From Escherichia phage AV122: 64,000 bases of DNA. A program made the translations under genes and the position numbers. Shown here piece by piece: positions 47,218-58,453 of this stretch. Below the pieces are notes generated by a model, which was given only the letters and a program-made list of their open reading frames with translations, searched no databases and had not been told where the DNA came from. Every line of letters starts with the position of its first letter. The stretch's first letter is position 1. Location: the sequence record OR352952.1. The stretch is one strand, 5' to 3'.

Positions 47218-47534
47218 AAGTCCTCAACTTGAAAATCGTCTTTAAACACTCGGTTAACTATATGAGCTATTATATCACCATGACACGGCTTTGGTTTACA
47301 TGTGCATCCTAGCCTCATTCCACGTAAAGGCTCTAAATGTGCTTTAGTTATTTCTCCGGATTTAATTCGACGTATAAAATCTTTTTTGAATAATTCAATG
47401 GCAGCCTCCCGGCTGCCAGCATCTTTACCGACGTAATTTCCCCAAAATGTACCGCGGTGAATATTAACATCAAAGTCGGATTTGTATTTATTCACTACCC
47501 GGCATAGACGGCCCACGCTGGAATAATTCGTCAT
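47208..47534 (-). CDS. hypothetical protein (nrdA.1 position)
   Basis: 108-aa ORF; Cys/His cluster [11 protein letters not shown]. Confidence 0.5.
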
Positions 47535-47751
47535 ATTGTTTTTCCGTTAAAACAGTAATATCGTAGTAACAGTCAGAAGAAGTTTTAACTGTGGAAATTT
47601 TATTATCAAAATACTCACGAGTCATTTTATGAGTATAGTATTTTTTACCATAAATGGTAATAGGCTGTTCTGGTCCTGGAACTTCTAACTCGCTTGGGTT
47701 AGGAAGTGTAAAAAGAACAACGCCAGAAGTATCTTTAAATCGTAAAATCAT
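47488..47751 (-). CDS. hypothetical protein (nrdA.2 position)
   Basis: 87-aa ORF. Confidence 0.5.
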
Positions 47752-48608
47752 ATTGCCATTTTCCCTTTAATTGCTGGATGCGATTCATAATTTTCAAGGA
47801 TAAAATCTTTCGGTTTCATGTATTCAGTTAACCAGTAAAGCTGTGTTTCGGTGTCACAATTTCCAAACTCTATAGGCCAATCAATTTTAAGTTCACATAG
47901 TTCTTTAGGCTCACGACGTAAAATTTCTTTACATTGCTCAGTATGATTCATATAGATGTGAGTATTACCACCAGAAAATATCAAATCTCCTGGGATAAGA
48001 TTACACATCTTAGCCACAATATGCGTCAAGGCAGCGTACGAGGCAATGTTGAATGGCAATCCCAAGAAAACATCTACACTTCTTTGGTACCATTGTAAAT
48101 CAAGATAACCATTACGCACATTAAACTGATAGAACATATGACAGGGCGGTAATGCCATTTGATTGATTTCAGCTGGATTCCATGCTGAAACGATTTGACG
48201 TCGATCAGTTGGTAATTTTTTAATACGATCAATAGTTTCAACTAATTGATCCACACCGCCGAAATCACGCCATTGTTTACCGTATATAGGACCAAGTTCA
48301 CCACTATGATATCCTAGGTCTTTAGCCTGGTTTTCATAGTTATCGTCCCAAATAGTTTTACCTTGAATAAGACTACCATGTGTGCGAAGACGTAAATCAT
48401 TAACATTGGTAGAACCGGAAATAAACCATAGAAGCTCAGCAATGCATGCATTCCACGCAAGCTTCTTAGTTGTTACCGCAGGAAAACCTTTAGTTAAATC
48501 CCAACGTAATTTAGTACCGAACAAAGCAATTGTTCCTGTGCCTGTTCGGTCATCGGTTTCATAGCCATTTTCAAAAATGTCTTTAATTAAATCTTGGTAT
48601 TGTTTCAT
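47748..48608 (-). CDS. td: thymidylate synthase (intronless)
   Basis: Continuous 286 aa; active-site PPCH motif. Confidence 0.95.
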
Positions 48609-48653
48609 TTAGTACCTTATATAAATTATAATACATTTTATGAAGCTAAATAA

Positions 48654-49001
48654 TCAATACGGTTTAGCATCAAATTTTCTCTCAATTTCAGGCGTGAAAT
48701 ATAATTCTTTACCGCGTTTGGAAAAGCGACCAATAATATGATAATTATTCTCATCAAACGTGATATTACCAATATCCATAGCTTTCAACCAAATATCGAT
48801 ATTTCTATCCAGCTTTATGTCAAAATTCCAATACGCAGAACTATTACCGAAAATACTGCAAGCGGATTCAGTGAAACAACTGCTATAAATCTTGTCTTTA
48901 GGAACTACTAATTGATATACACCTTTAATAAACTGAGGACCCTGCCACTTTGGTTGTTTCTCATCTTTTTCTAATAGAATAGGGTAATAATTAAAATTCA
49001 T
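48654..49001 (-). CDS. hypothetical protein inserted between frd and td
   Basis: 115-aa ORF with ATG, weak SD; occupies a junction where T4 frd and td overlap. Confidence 0.5.
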   Translation of the reverse strand: MNFNYYPILLEKDEKQPKWQGPQFIKGVYQLVVPKDKIYSSCFTESACSIFGNSSAYWNFDIKLDRNIDIWLKAMDIGNITFDENNYHIIGRFSKRGKELYFTPEIERKFDAKPY

Positions 49002-49020
49002 ATTTCCGCCACGCGTTATT

Positions 49021-49847
<827 letters not shown>

Positions 49848-49858
49848 ATTATCTCCTA

Positions 49859-50191
49859 TTAAAAAGGATCAGGAACATATCCGCTAGCTTTAATCATTTT
49901 AATTAACGTTACCATTCCTTTGTTAACTGCTCGTGAGATTTCATCAAAAACTTCATCACTAAAAAGTTCTAACACGCCCTTCTGAACTTTTAATTTACAG
50001 CCAACAATTTCTTCATCGCCTATAGTAAATTCATTACCACCAATTCCACCGAAAAACTTAATTACACCAGTTAACTGTCTTCCACGAGAATATGGGTCGT
50101 GTGATAAAGTAATATGAGTCACCCCGGGTACAGTTTTAAATTGGCAGCGAATATTTACTTGTGAAATTCCAGTTACATGAATGTCAGACAT
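49859..50191 (-). CDS. hypothetical protein (frd.2 position)
   Basis: 110-aa ORF. Confidence 0.5.
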   Translation of the reverse strand: MSDIHVTGISQVNIRCQFKTVPGVTHITLSHDPYSRGRQLTGVIKFFGGIGGNEFTIGDEEIVGCKLKVQKGVLELFSDEVFDEISRAVNKGMVTLIKMIKASGYVPDPF

Positions 50192-50201
50192 AATATTTTC
50201 C

Positions 50202-50444
50202 TCAAATAGACTTTTTCACAATTTTCCAATCAGCTTTAAACTGATCGACGTCAGAATGATAAATCCAGAATCCTGCGCTTTCTCCATCTTCATAAAGCGG
50301 ACACCCATCACATTCATCTTCCCATCCCATGCCACGTAAAAGGTGTTCAGCTTTTTCAACAAGTTCAGAATCTTTACCGATGATATTAAAATACCATTTA
50401 CCTCTAACTTCTGAATCTTTGATGCTCTGGCGTTGTAATCTCAT
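50202..50444 (-). CDS. hypothetical protein (frd.3 position)
   Basis: 80-aa ORF; early-type promoter and SD GAGGAG upstream. Confidence 0.5.
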   Translation of the reverse strand: MRLQRQSIKDSEVRGKWYFNIIGKDSELVEKAEHLLRGMGWEDECDGCPLYEDGESAGFWIYHSDVDQFKADWKIVKKSI

Positions 50445-50472
50445 TTTATTCTCCTCGGTAGTTGATAGGGTA

Positions 50473-50502
50473 ATAGTATCACACTACTACCCTTCTGTAA
50501 AC
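50473..50502 (-). promoter_or_regulatory. candidate early promoter for frd.3 operon
   Basis: TAGTTTAC (overlapping upstream TAG stop), spacer, TGaTACTAT, SD GAGGAG. Confidence 0.5.
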
Positions 50503-50882
50503 TACTTTTTGAAAGTTTTTCGCAAAAGTTCAATGATTTCATCTACATTGTTTTCGTCAACAATGCAGTGAATTTTTGTTACGCCAGAAACCTTGTCTTT
50601 GACTTCATCTTCTTCAGAAGTCGGTTCTTTATACTCACGAAAACAATGAAATTCATCTTCGCAAATTTCTAAAAGTCTATCTTTGAGGTAAAAATGCTTT
50701 CCATTTGCGCATTCAATGTGTTTTACTGCTTTATATCCATTAGCAACGGAAACTTCTTTAACTTCAAACCATCCGCCATTATCTCGAATAGCTTTAACGA
50801 TTGATGAATTAGAACGTGGGCTATAATTAATAAATGTATCAATAAGTCTTGGAACAAGTTCATACTTTTTACCAGTATACAT
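50502..50882 (-). CDS. hypothetical protein
   Basis: 126-aa ORF; SD GAGG; preceded by hairpin. Confidence 0.5.
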   Translation of the reverse strand: MYTGKKYELVPRLIDTFINYSPRSNSSIVKAIRDNGGWFEVKEVSVANGYKAVKHIECANGKHFYLKDRLLEICEDEFHCFREYKEPTSEEDEVKDKVSGVTKIHCIVDENNVDEIIELLRKTFKK

Positions 50883-50925
50883 TACGTTTCCTCATTTTGA
50901 TAGGGGCTTGATAGCCCCTTGATAA

Positions 50926-51156
50926 TTATTGTTCAATCAGTCCCATGTAAAATTCTGCGTCTTCAGAATCCATACCATCACAATATTCATTAGCCATAAA
51001 GCGGGTGAGGTCTTCAAGAGGACCTTCAATGACAATAGAAAAATTGCAATAATTGGGATCATCATGAATACTTGTGATACTAAGTTCAGGATAACGATTA
51101 CGAATAATCTCTTCAATATATTCAAAATCAACGATGTCAATATCAACTTTAGCCAT
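50926..51156 (-). CDS. hypothetical acidic protein
   Basis: ATG 51156 after SD GAGGAAA (MAKVDIDIV...); track start 51177 lacks SD. Confidence 0.45.
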   Translation of the reverse strand: MAKVDIDIVDFEYIEEIIRNRYPELSITSIHDDPNYCNFSIVIEGPLEDLTRFMANEYCDGMDSEDAEFYMGLIEQ

Positions 51157-51199
51157 ATCATTTTCCTCTTTAATCATCAGCAGTATTGCCGATAGTTGT

Positions 51200-51229
51200 A
51201 TAGTACCATAAAGCTTTATGCTTGTAAAC
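51200..51229 (-). promoter_or_regulatory. candidate early promoter downstream of gene 32
   Basis: GTTTAC, 18-nt spacer, TGgTACTAT. Confidence 0.45.
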
Positions 51230-51260
51230 TGTTTTGTGAAAAAATTTTTGAAATAAAAAA

Positions 51261-51279
51261 GGGGACCTCTAGGGTCCCC
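51261..51279 (-). terminator. stem-loop after gene 32
   Basis: GGGGACCC-UAG-AGGUCCCC with U-run on the minus strand. Confidence 0.6.
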
Positions 51280-51301
51280 AATTAATTAGTAATATAATCT
51301 A

Positions 51302-52210
51302 TTAAAGGTCATTCAAAAGGTCATCCAGGTCCGTGTCATCAGCACTAGATGAACTGCCAGAGCTTGAGCTCATAAAATCATCTTCAGTTTTTGTATTGAA
51401 GTCATCAACATTGAATGCATCCAAATCATCAGCAACTTTATCAGCTTTCTTAGCAGCAGTTGCAGCGGCACCGCCCATCACAGCAGTTCCCATAACTTGA
51501 CCGAATTTAGTATTCAGTTCTTCAAACGATTTGAATTTATCTTTAGAAGTCATTTCAGAAAGGTCAACCATTTGTTCGAACAGTTCTTTCTGGAAAGATT
51601 CATCGTCAATGTTTGGAATCGCAGATTGATTCAGGAATTTAGATTCATCGTAGTTACTAAATCCAGAAACCTGTTTAACTTTCAGTACAAAGTTAGCGCC
51701 TTCCCACGGACAAGTTACATCAACCGGAGTTTCACCCATTTCAACATCAACCGCAATCATCGCGTTGATTTTATCCCAGATTTTCTTACCGAAACGATAT
51801 TTAAATACTTTACCTTCATTTTCTGGAGCAGCTGGGTCTTTTACTACAAGAATGTTAGCCCAGTAAGAAGTTTTACGTTTAACAAGACTGTACTCTTTAT
51901 TGTCAGTGTTGTACAAATCATTTTTACTGATGTACTGACATACTGGACAAGAATCGTAATCACCGTGGGTAGATGAGCAATTTTCGATATACCATTTACC
52001 GTTTTTCTTGAAACCGTGATTTACAAGAATTGCGAATGGTGCTTGTTCATCATTTTTAGACGGAAGAAAACGAATTACTGCTTGACCGTTACCCGCATTG
52101 TCGAGTTTCAGTTTCCACTCGCCTTTATCTTCAGAAGAAAAACCACCTTTATTTCCAGCCAGTTTAGCCATTTGTGCAGCGAGTTCAGCAGTAGATTTAC
52201 GTTTAAACAT
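51302..52210 (-). CDS. 32: single-stranded DNA-binding protein gp32
   Basis: about 301 aa; Ser/Asp-rich acidic C-terminus; autoregulatory leader upstream. Confidence 0.95.
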   Translation of the reverse strand: MFKRKSTAELAAQMAKLAGNKGGFSSEDKGEWKLKLDNAGNGQAVIRFLPSKNDEQAPFAILVNHGFKKNGKWYIENCSSTHGDYDSCPVCQYISKNDLYNTDNKEYSLVKRKTSYWANILVVKDPAAPENEGKVFKYRFGKKIWDKINAMIAVDVEMGETPVDVTCPWEGANFVLKVKQVSGFSNYDESKFLNQSAIPNIDDESFQKELFEQMVDLSEMTSKDKFKSFEELNTKFGQVMGTAVMGGAAATAAKKADKVADDLDAFNVDDFNTKTEDDFMSSSSGSSSSADDTDLDDLLNDL

Positions 52211-52301
52211 TTTTATTTCCTTTTTAATTTAATTAACAGTTGGTGCTATGACGATGTATGACCTCATAGCTGGTCAGTGAGATAATTATAATCTATTTAT
52301 A
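52211..52301 (-). promoter_or_regulatory. gene 32 leader: late promoter, pseudoknot and A/U-rich autoregulatory operator
   Basis: Minus strand TATAAATA (52294-52301), GACCAGCUAUGAGGUCAUACAUCGUCAUAGCACC pseudoknot-forming segment, then UUAAAUUAAAAAGGAAAUAAAA before AUG 52210. Confidence 0.75.
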
Positions 52302-52309
52302 ATAAGCAA

Positions 52310-52963
52310 TTAATACTTGCAAGATTTCACAGTTTCAATGAAAACATTTTTAGCTTTCTGTGAATCAATATTTAAAATTTTTCTATAAGCCTTTAACTTT
52401 ATAGAATAATTATTCCAGACTAAATTATCAGTCTGTTCATCATGTTTATCAATTATATTTAAAAATGAATCAAGCAAGATAAACGTTTCAAACGAAATTA
52501 TGTTCGACTGAAGCAGTTTAAAAATATAACTTGATTGAACTTTTGAATTATATTCAAAGATTTCTTTAAAAGCAGAAACTTCAACTTTTTTACTAAAATA
52601 ATAAATGTTGCGAATATCTTCTTCAAACTTAAATTTAATTTGCTTTAAGCGTCCGATATATTCACGATAAAACACAAGTGCATCAGCGTCAGAGATGTCA
52701 CCAATCCAAGCATCTTGGTTAGCAACCAAATTACTTATAAAGATTAAAGCAAGTTCCTTTAATTTATATTTTTCTGATAACTTCTGGAAAAAATACTTAT
52801 CCCTTCGCTTTTGATAAGCGGCATCAGACACCCGCATGCACCAATTATACTTAATTACATCATACTTTCCATTCATATGCTGTTTTATCATTAAGTATAA
52901 TTTATAAACTGATTTACCATCAATGTATCTTTCACCACCAGCAGGCATGCGGAGTTTAATCAT
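52310..52963 (-). CDS. 59: helicase loader gp59
   Basis: 217 aa as T4 gp59. Confidence 0.9.
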   Translation of the reverse strand: MIKLRMPAGGERYIDGKSVYKLYLMIKQHMNGKYDVIKYNWCMRVSDAAYQKRRDKYFFQKLSEKYKLKELALIFISNLVANQDAWIGDISDADALVFYREYIGRLKQIKFKFEEDIRNIYYFSKKVEVSAFKEIFEYNSKVQSSYIFKLLQSNIISFETFILLDSFLNIIDKHDEQTDNLVWNNYSIKLKAYRKILNIDSQKAKNVFIETVKSCKY

Positions 52964-53298
52964 AGCAGAAAATCTAATGTATTAGTTTTTTCACAACGAA
53001 CAACAGAAGGACGTAAAAGATTTTCGTCAATAGCTTCTGACTGAATTTTTTCAATTATACCCGAAGGAATAAATTTAGCAAATTGAGTTTCAGGAATAGA
53101 GTTTTCTTCCAAGAATGCTGTCGTAGCTTCAAGATAACTCATTCCAAATTCTTCTACCATCTTTTCAATAATAAATCCATTTTCTTGACGATCAAGAAGC
53201 TTTGCTATTTCATCCTTTTCTTTCTTAATTGAAAGTTCTTTTTCTGAAAGCCCGGCCTCATCGACCGGGCGAATATCATTTAGAGAAAACTGTGTCAT
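52960..53298 (-). CDS. 33: late transcription co-activator gp33
   Basis: 112 aa from ATG 53298 (MTQFSL...). Confidence 0.85.
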   Translation of the reverse strand: MTQFSLNDIRPVDEAGLSEKELSIKKEKDEIAKLLDRQENGFIIEKMVEEFGMSYLEATTAFLEENSIPETQFAKFIPSGIIEKIQSEAIDENLLRPSVVRCEKTNTLDFLL

Positions 53299-53545
53299 AA
53301 AGTTCAACTACCTCTTCAGTTTCAGCTTCAAACACATCACGGTTATCTTTATGATACAAAGCTAATAGACGATTAAACATCTTACCATCAACACCAAGTT
53401 CATCTTTGGCACGAATTCGAATATCTTTAATCAGTTCATTATAACCGGAAATTTTCAGTTTATGATCAGATGCTTCTTTAATAAATTTAGCCAAGTCTTC
53501 GCCGTGGATAGCTTCATCAAATTCAACCATTTCTTTTTTAGCCAT
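53276..53545 (-). CDS. dsbA: dsDNA-binding protein DsbA
   Basis: 89 aa; synteny between rnh and 33. Confidence 0.8.
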   Translation of the reverse strand: MAKKEMVEFDEAIHGEDLAKFIKEASDHKLKISGYNELIKDIRIRAKDELGVDGKMFNRLLALYHKDNRDVFEAETEEVVELYDTVFSK

Positions 53546-53553
53546 TATTCACC

Positions 53554-54471
53554 TCAAAATTCATTAATGCTATTAGTTAATTTAGAAAGACCCGCTTTTA
53601 CAAAATATGAATAAATTTTGCCACGCGGTGGTAATTTATATGAATTATAGTAATTCACAATGTTTGAAGCAATATTATCAGGAATATAATCAAAATCAAT
53701 TAGAACTAAATTTTCTTTATAACGATTATATTCAGATTCTGTGAGAAGCACCTTAGCTTGCTCACGGTCATTAGCAATAGCTTCAACGATTGAAGTTTTC
53801 ATTGAAGGAGTTCGTTCACCTTCAACTCTGGTAAACCAAAAGTCAGATCGTACTTTAACTGAAGCAACGTTATCCTTTTTGTCGCCTTTAAGGATTTTAG
53901 TCATACAGTCAATTTCAGCAGAACCGCTTTTAATTTTAACCCATTTCTTATGCATTGGTGACCATTGCTTAACATTTGGGTATTTATGAAGCTGTGTAAA
54001 GTCACCATCCGATGAAATGATTAAAATCTTATGTCCTTCTAAAGAGAACTTTTTAACAAGAACAGCAATGTGGTCATCTGCTTCATACTTATCAATATCC
54101 ATAACAATGTATGGCATATAAGCTTTCAATTCATCTATAACTTTATGACTAGATTCAAAATAACCTTCCCAGTCCCAAGTCGATTCTTCTCGTGCTTTTC
54201 CACGGTTTTTCTTATAATAATAAGCGAAATCACGACGCCAGTATCCAGATTTCGCGTTATCAATACACAGTACAATTTTAGTGTATCCAAGCGTTTTTGC
54301 TTTTTTGACATTAAACTTAATTGAGTTCAATATCAAATGACGAACCATTGATAAATTAATTTTTTCTTTATCTGGGAAGTTTACTAAAGCAGTTGAAAGC
54401 GCAATTTGACTAAAGTCAATAAAGCAAATTCCTTCTTTGTAATCTTCATCCAGCATCATTTCTAAATCCAT
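53554..54471 (-). CDS. rnh: RNase H (5-prime to 3-prime exonuclease, FEN family)
   Basis: 305 aa from ATG 54471 with SD GAGG; ORF-track start 54486 is TTG. Confidence 0.9.
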   Translation of the reverse strand: MDLEMMLDEDYKEGICFIDFSQIALSTALVNFPDKEKINLSMVRHLILNSIKFNVKKAKTLGYTKIVLCIDNAKSGYWRRDFAYYYKKNRGKAREESTWDWEGYFESSHKVIDELKAYMPYIVMDIDKYEADDHIAVLVKKFSLEGHKILIISSDGDFTQLHKYPNVKQWSPMHKKWVKIKSGSAEIDCMTKILKGDKKDNVASVKVRSDFWFTRVEGERTPSMKTSIVEAIANDREQAKVLLTESEYNRYKENLVLIDFDYIPDNIASNIVNYYNSYKLPPRGKIYSYFVKAGLSKLTNSINEF

Positions 54472-54500
54472 ATGAACCTCGTTCAATTAGTGAGATTTCT

Positions 54501-54530
54501 ATTATATACCATCCAAATCTTAAAGTAAAC
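54501..54530 (-). promoter_or_regulatory. candidate early promoter for rnh
   Basis: GTTTAC, 18-nt spacer, TATAAT (TGgTATATAAT). Confidence 0.5.
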
Positions 54531-54533
54531 AAG

Positions 54534-54541
54534 TATAAATA
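54534..54541 (+). promoter_or_regulatory. late promoter TATAAATA for gene 34
   Basis: Exact TATAAATA 35 nt upstream of ATG 54576. Confidence 0.7.
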
Positions 54542-54575
54542 CTTATTATTGAAAACACAATAGGAGCCCGGGAGA

Positions 54576-57500
54576 ATGGCCGAGATTAAAAGAAAGTTCA
54601 GAGCAGAAGACGGTCTGGACGCAGGTGGTGATAAAATAATCAACGTAGCTTTAGCTGATCGTACCGTAGGAACTGACGGTGTTAACGTTGATTACTTAAT
54701 TCAAGAAAACACAGTTCAACAATACGATCCAACTCGTGGATATTTAAAAGATTTTGTAATCATTTATGATAACCGCTTTTGGGCTGCTATAAATGATATT
54801 CCAAAACCGGCAGGAGCTTTTAATAGCGGACGCTGGAGAGCATTACGTACCGATGCTAACTGGATTACGGTTTCATCTGGTTCATATCAATTAAAATCTG
54901 GTGAAGCTATTTCAGTTAACACCGCAGCTGGTAATGATATTACATTTACTTTACCATCTACCCCAATTGATGGTGATACTATCGTTCTCCAAGATATTGG
55001 AGGAAAACCTGGAGTTAACCAAGTTTTAATTGTAGCTCCAGTGCAAAGTATTGTAAACTTTAGAGGTGAACAGGTACGTTCAGTACTAATGACTCATCCA
55101 AAGTCACAGCTAGTTTTAATTTTTAGTAATCGTCTGTGGCAAATGTATGTTGCTGATTATAGTAGAGAAGCTATAGTTGTAACACCAGCGAATACTTATC
55201 AAGCGCAATCCAACGATTTTATCGTGCGTAGATTTACTTCTGCCGCACCGATAAATATTAAACTTCCAAGATTTGCTAATCATGGAGATATTATTAATTT
55301 CGTCGATTTAGATAAACTAAATCCACTTTATCATACAATTGTTACTACATACGATGAAACGACTTCAGTACAAGAAGTTGGAACTCATTCCATTGAAGGC
55401 CGTACATCGATTGACGGTTTCTTGATGTTTGATGATAATGAGAAATTGTGGAGACTGTTTGACGGGGATAGTAAAGCGCGTTTACGTATCATAACGACTA
55501 ATTCAAACATTCGTCCAAATGAAGAAGTTATGGTATTTGGTGCGAATAACGGAACAACTCAGACAATTGAGCTTCAGCTTCCGACTGATATTTCTGTTGG
55601 TGATACTGTTAAAATTTCCATGAATTACATGAGAAAAGGACAAACAGTTAAAATCAAAGCTGCCGGTGAAGATAAAATTGCTTCTTCAGTTCAATTGCTG
55701 CAATTCCCAAAACGCTCAGAATATCCACCTGAAGCTGAATGGGTTACAGTTCAAGAATTAGTTTTTAACGGTGAAACTAATTATGTTCCAGTTTTACAAC
55801 TTGCTTATATAGAAGATTCTGATGGAAAATACTGGGTTGTACAGCAAAACGTTCCAACTGTAGAAAGAGTTGATTCTTTAAATGATTCTACTAGAGCAAG
55901 ATTAGGCGTAATTGCTTTAGCTACACAAGCTCAAGCTAATGTCGATTTAGAAAATTCTCCACAAAAAGAATTAGCAATTACTCCAGAAACATTAGCTAAT
56001 CGTACTGCTACTGAAACTCGTAGAGGTATCGCAAGAATAGCAACTACTGCTCAAGTAAATCAGAACACCACATTCTCTTTTGCAGATGACCTTATCATTA
56101 CTCCTAAAAAGCTGAATGAAAGAACTGCTACAGAAACTCGTAGAGGTGTTGCTGAAATTGCTACGCAGCAAGAAACTAATACAGGTACTGATGATACTAC
56201 AATCATCACTCCTAAAAAGCTTCAAGCTCGCCAAGGTTCTGAATCATTATCTGGTATTGTAACTTTTGTATCTACTGCAGGTGCTACTCCAGCTTCTAGC
56301 CGTGAATTAAATGGTACGAATGTTTATAATAAAAACACTAATAATTTAGTTGTTTCACCTAAAGCTTTGGATCAGTATAAAGCTACTCCAACGCAGCAAG
56401 GTGCAGTAATTTTAGCAGTTGAAAGTGAAGTAATTGCTGGACAAAGTCAGGAAGGATGGGCAAATGCTGTTGTAACGCCAGAAACGTTACATAAAAAGAC
56501 ATCAACCGATGGAAGAATTGGTTTAATTGAAATTGCTACGCAAAGTGAAGTTAATACAGGAACTGATTATACTCGTGCAGTCACTCCTAAAACTTTAAAT
56601 GACCGTAGAGCAACTGAAAGTTTAAGTGGTATAGCTGAAATTGCTACACAAGTTGAATTCGACGCAGGCGTCGACGATACTCGTATCTCTACACCATTAA
56701 AAATTAAAACCAGATTTAATAGTACTGATCGTACTTCTGTTGTTGCTCTATCTGGATTAGTTGAATCAGGAACTCTCTGGGACCATTATACCCTTAATAT
56801 TCTTGAAGCAAATGAGACGCAACGTGGTACACTTCGTGTAGCTACACAGGTTGAAGCTGCTGCAGGAACATTAGATAATGTTTTAATAACTCCTAAAAAG
56901 CTTTTAGGTACTAAATCTACCGAATCGCAAGAAGGTGTTATTAAAGTTGCAACTCAGTCTGAAACTGTGACTGGAACGTCAGCAAATACTGCTGTATCTC
57001 CAAAAAATTTAAAATGGATTGTGCAGAGTGAATCTACTTGGGCAGCTACTACTGCAATAAGAGGTTTTGTTAAAACTTCATCTGGTTCAATTACATTCGT
57101 TGGTAATGATACAGTCGGTTCTACTCAAGATTTAGAACTGTATGAGAAAAATAGCTATGCGGTATCACCATATGAATTAAACCGTGTATTAGCAAATTAT
57201 TTACCGTTAAAAGCAAAAGCTGCTGATACAAATTTATTGGATGGTCTAGATTCATCTCAGTTCATTCGTAGGGATATTGCACAGACGGTTAATGGTTCAC
57301 TAACCTTAACCCAACAAACGAATCTGAGTGCCCCTCTTGTATCATCTAGTACTGCTACGTTTGGTGGTTCAGTTTCGGCAAATAGTACATTAACTATTTC
57401 TAATACTGGAACTGCAACTCGTCTGATTTTTGAGAAAGGACCTCAAACTGGAACTAACCCAGCACAGACGATGACTATTAGAGTTTGGGGAAATCAGTTT

Positions 57501-58445
57501 GGCGGCGGTTCAGATACAACACGTTCTACTGTATTTGAAGTTGGTGATGAAACGTCTAATCACTTTTATTCTCAACGTAATAAAGCTGGGAATATAACGT
57601 TTAGTATCAATGGTACTGTAATGCCAATAAACATTAATGCTTCCGGTTTGATGAATGTTAATGGCGTTGCAACATTTGGTCGTTCAGTCACAGCCAATGG
57701 TGAATTCATTAGCAAGTCTGCAAATGCTTTCAGAGCAATTAGCGGTGATTACGGATTCTTTATTCGTAATGATGCTGCTAATACCTATTTTATGCTTACT
57801 GCATCCGGTGATCAGACTGGCGGATTTAATGGATTACGTCCTTTAGCTATTAATAATGCATCTGGCCAAGTAACGATTGGTGAAAGCTTAATCATTGCCA
57901 AAGGTGCTACTATAAATTCAGGTGGTTTAACTGTTAACTCGAGAATTCGTTCTCAGGGTACTAAAGCATCTGATTTATATACCCGTGCTCCAACATCTGA
58001 TACTGTAGGATTCTGGTCAATTGATATTAACGATTCAGCCACTTATAACCAGTTCCCGGGTTATTTTAAAATGGTTGAAAAAACTAATGAAGTGACTGGA
58101 CTTCCGTACTTAGAACGTGGCGAAGAAGTTAAATCTCCTGGTACACTGACACAGTTTGGTAACACACTTGATTCGCTTTACCAAGATTGGATTACTTATC
58201 CAACGACACCAGAAGCGCGTACCACTCGCTGGACACGTACATGGCAGAAAACCAAAAACTCTTGGTCAAGTTTTGTTCAGGTATTTGATGGAGGTAACCC
58301 TCCTCAGCCGTCTGATATCGGTGCTTTGCCATCTGATAATGCTACAATGGGGAATCTTACTATTCGTGATTTCTTACGAATTGGTAATGTTCGCATTATT
58401 CCTGACCCAGTGAATAAATCTGTTAAATTTGAATGGATTGAATAA
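54576..58445 (+). CDS. 34: long tail fibre proximal subunit gp34
   Basis: 1289 aa as T4 gp34; late promoter upstream. Confidence 0.95.
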   Translation: MAEIKRKFRAEDGLDAGGDKIINVALADRTVGTDGVNVDYLIQENTVQQYDPTRGYLKDFVIIYDNRFWAAINDIPKPAGAFNSGRWRALRTDANWITVSSGSYQLKSGEAISVNTAAGNDITFTLPSTPIDGDTIVLQDIGGKPGVNQVLIVAPVQSIVNFRGEQVRSVLMTHPKSQLVLIFSNRLWQMYVADYSREAIVVTPANTYQAQSNDFIVRRFTSAAPINIKLPRFANHGDIINFVDLDKLNPLYHTIVTTYDETTSVQEVGTHSIEGRTSIDGFLMFDDNEKLWRLFDGDSKARLRIITTNSNIRPNEEVMVFGANNGTTQTIELQLPTDISVGDTVKISMNYMRKGQTVKIKAAGEDKIASSVQLLQFPKRSEYPPEAEWVTVQELVFNGETNYVPVLQLAYIEDSDGKYWVVQQNVPTVERVDSLNDSTRARLGVIALATQAQANVDLENSPQKELAITPETLANRTATETRRGIARIATTAQVNQNTTFSFADDLIITPKKLNERTATETRRGVAEIATQQETNTGTDDTTIITPKKLQARQGSESLSGIVTFVSTAGATPASSRELNGTNVYNKNTNNLVVSPKALDQYKATPTQQGAVILAVESEVIAGQSQEGWANAVVTPETLHKKTSTDGRIGLIEIATQSEVNTGTDYTRAVTPKTLNDRRATESLSGIAEIATQVEFDAGVDDTRISTPLKIKTRFNSTDRTSVVALSGLVESGTLWDHYTLNILEANETQRGTLRVATQVEAAAGTLDNVLITPKKLLGTKSTESQEGVIKVATQSETVTGTSANTAVSPKNLKWIVQSESTWAATTAIRGFVKTSSGSITFVGNDTVGSTQDLELYEKNSYAVSPYELNRVLANYLPLKAKAADTNLLDGLDSSQFIRRDIAQTVNGSLTLTQQTNLSAPLVSSSTATFGGSVSANSTLTISNTGTATRLIFEKGPQTGTNPAQTMTIRVWGNQFGGGSDTTRSTVFEVGDETSNHFYSQRNKAGNITFSINGTVMPININASGLMNVNGVATFGRSVTANGEFISKSANAFRAISGDYGFFIRNDAANTYFMLTASGDQTGGFNGLRPLAINNASGQVTIGESLIIAKGATINSGGLTVNSRIRSQGTKASDLYTRAPTSDTVGFWSIDINDSATYNQFPGYFKMVEKTNEVTGLPYLERGEEVKSPGTLTQFGNTLDSLYQDWITYPTTPEARTTRWTRTWQKTKNSWSSFVQVFDGGNPPQPSDIGALPSDNATMGNLTIRDFLRIGNVRIIPDPVNKSVKFEWIE

Positions 58446-58453
58446 GAGGTATT

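Noticed and set aside
47748-48608. Group I intron in td (and in nrdB 43723-44901)
   Set aside because: Looked for because T4 carries them; both reading frames are continuous at full length with no intervening sequence
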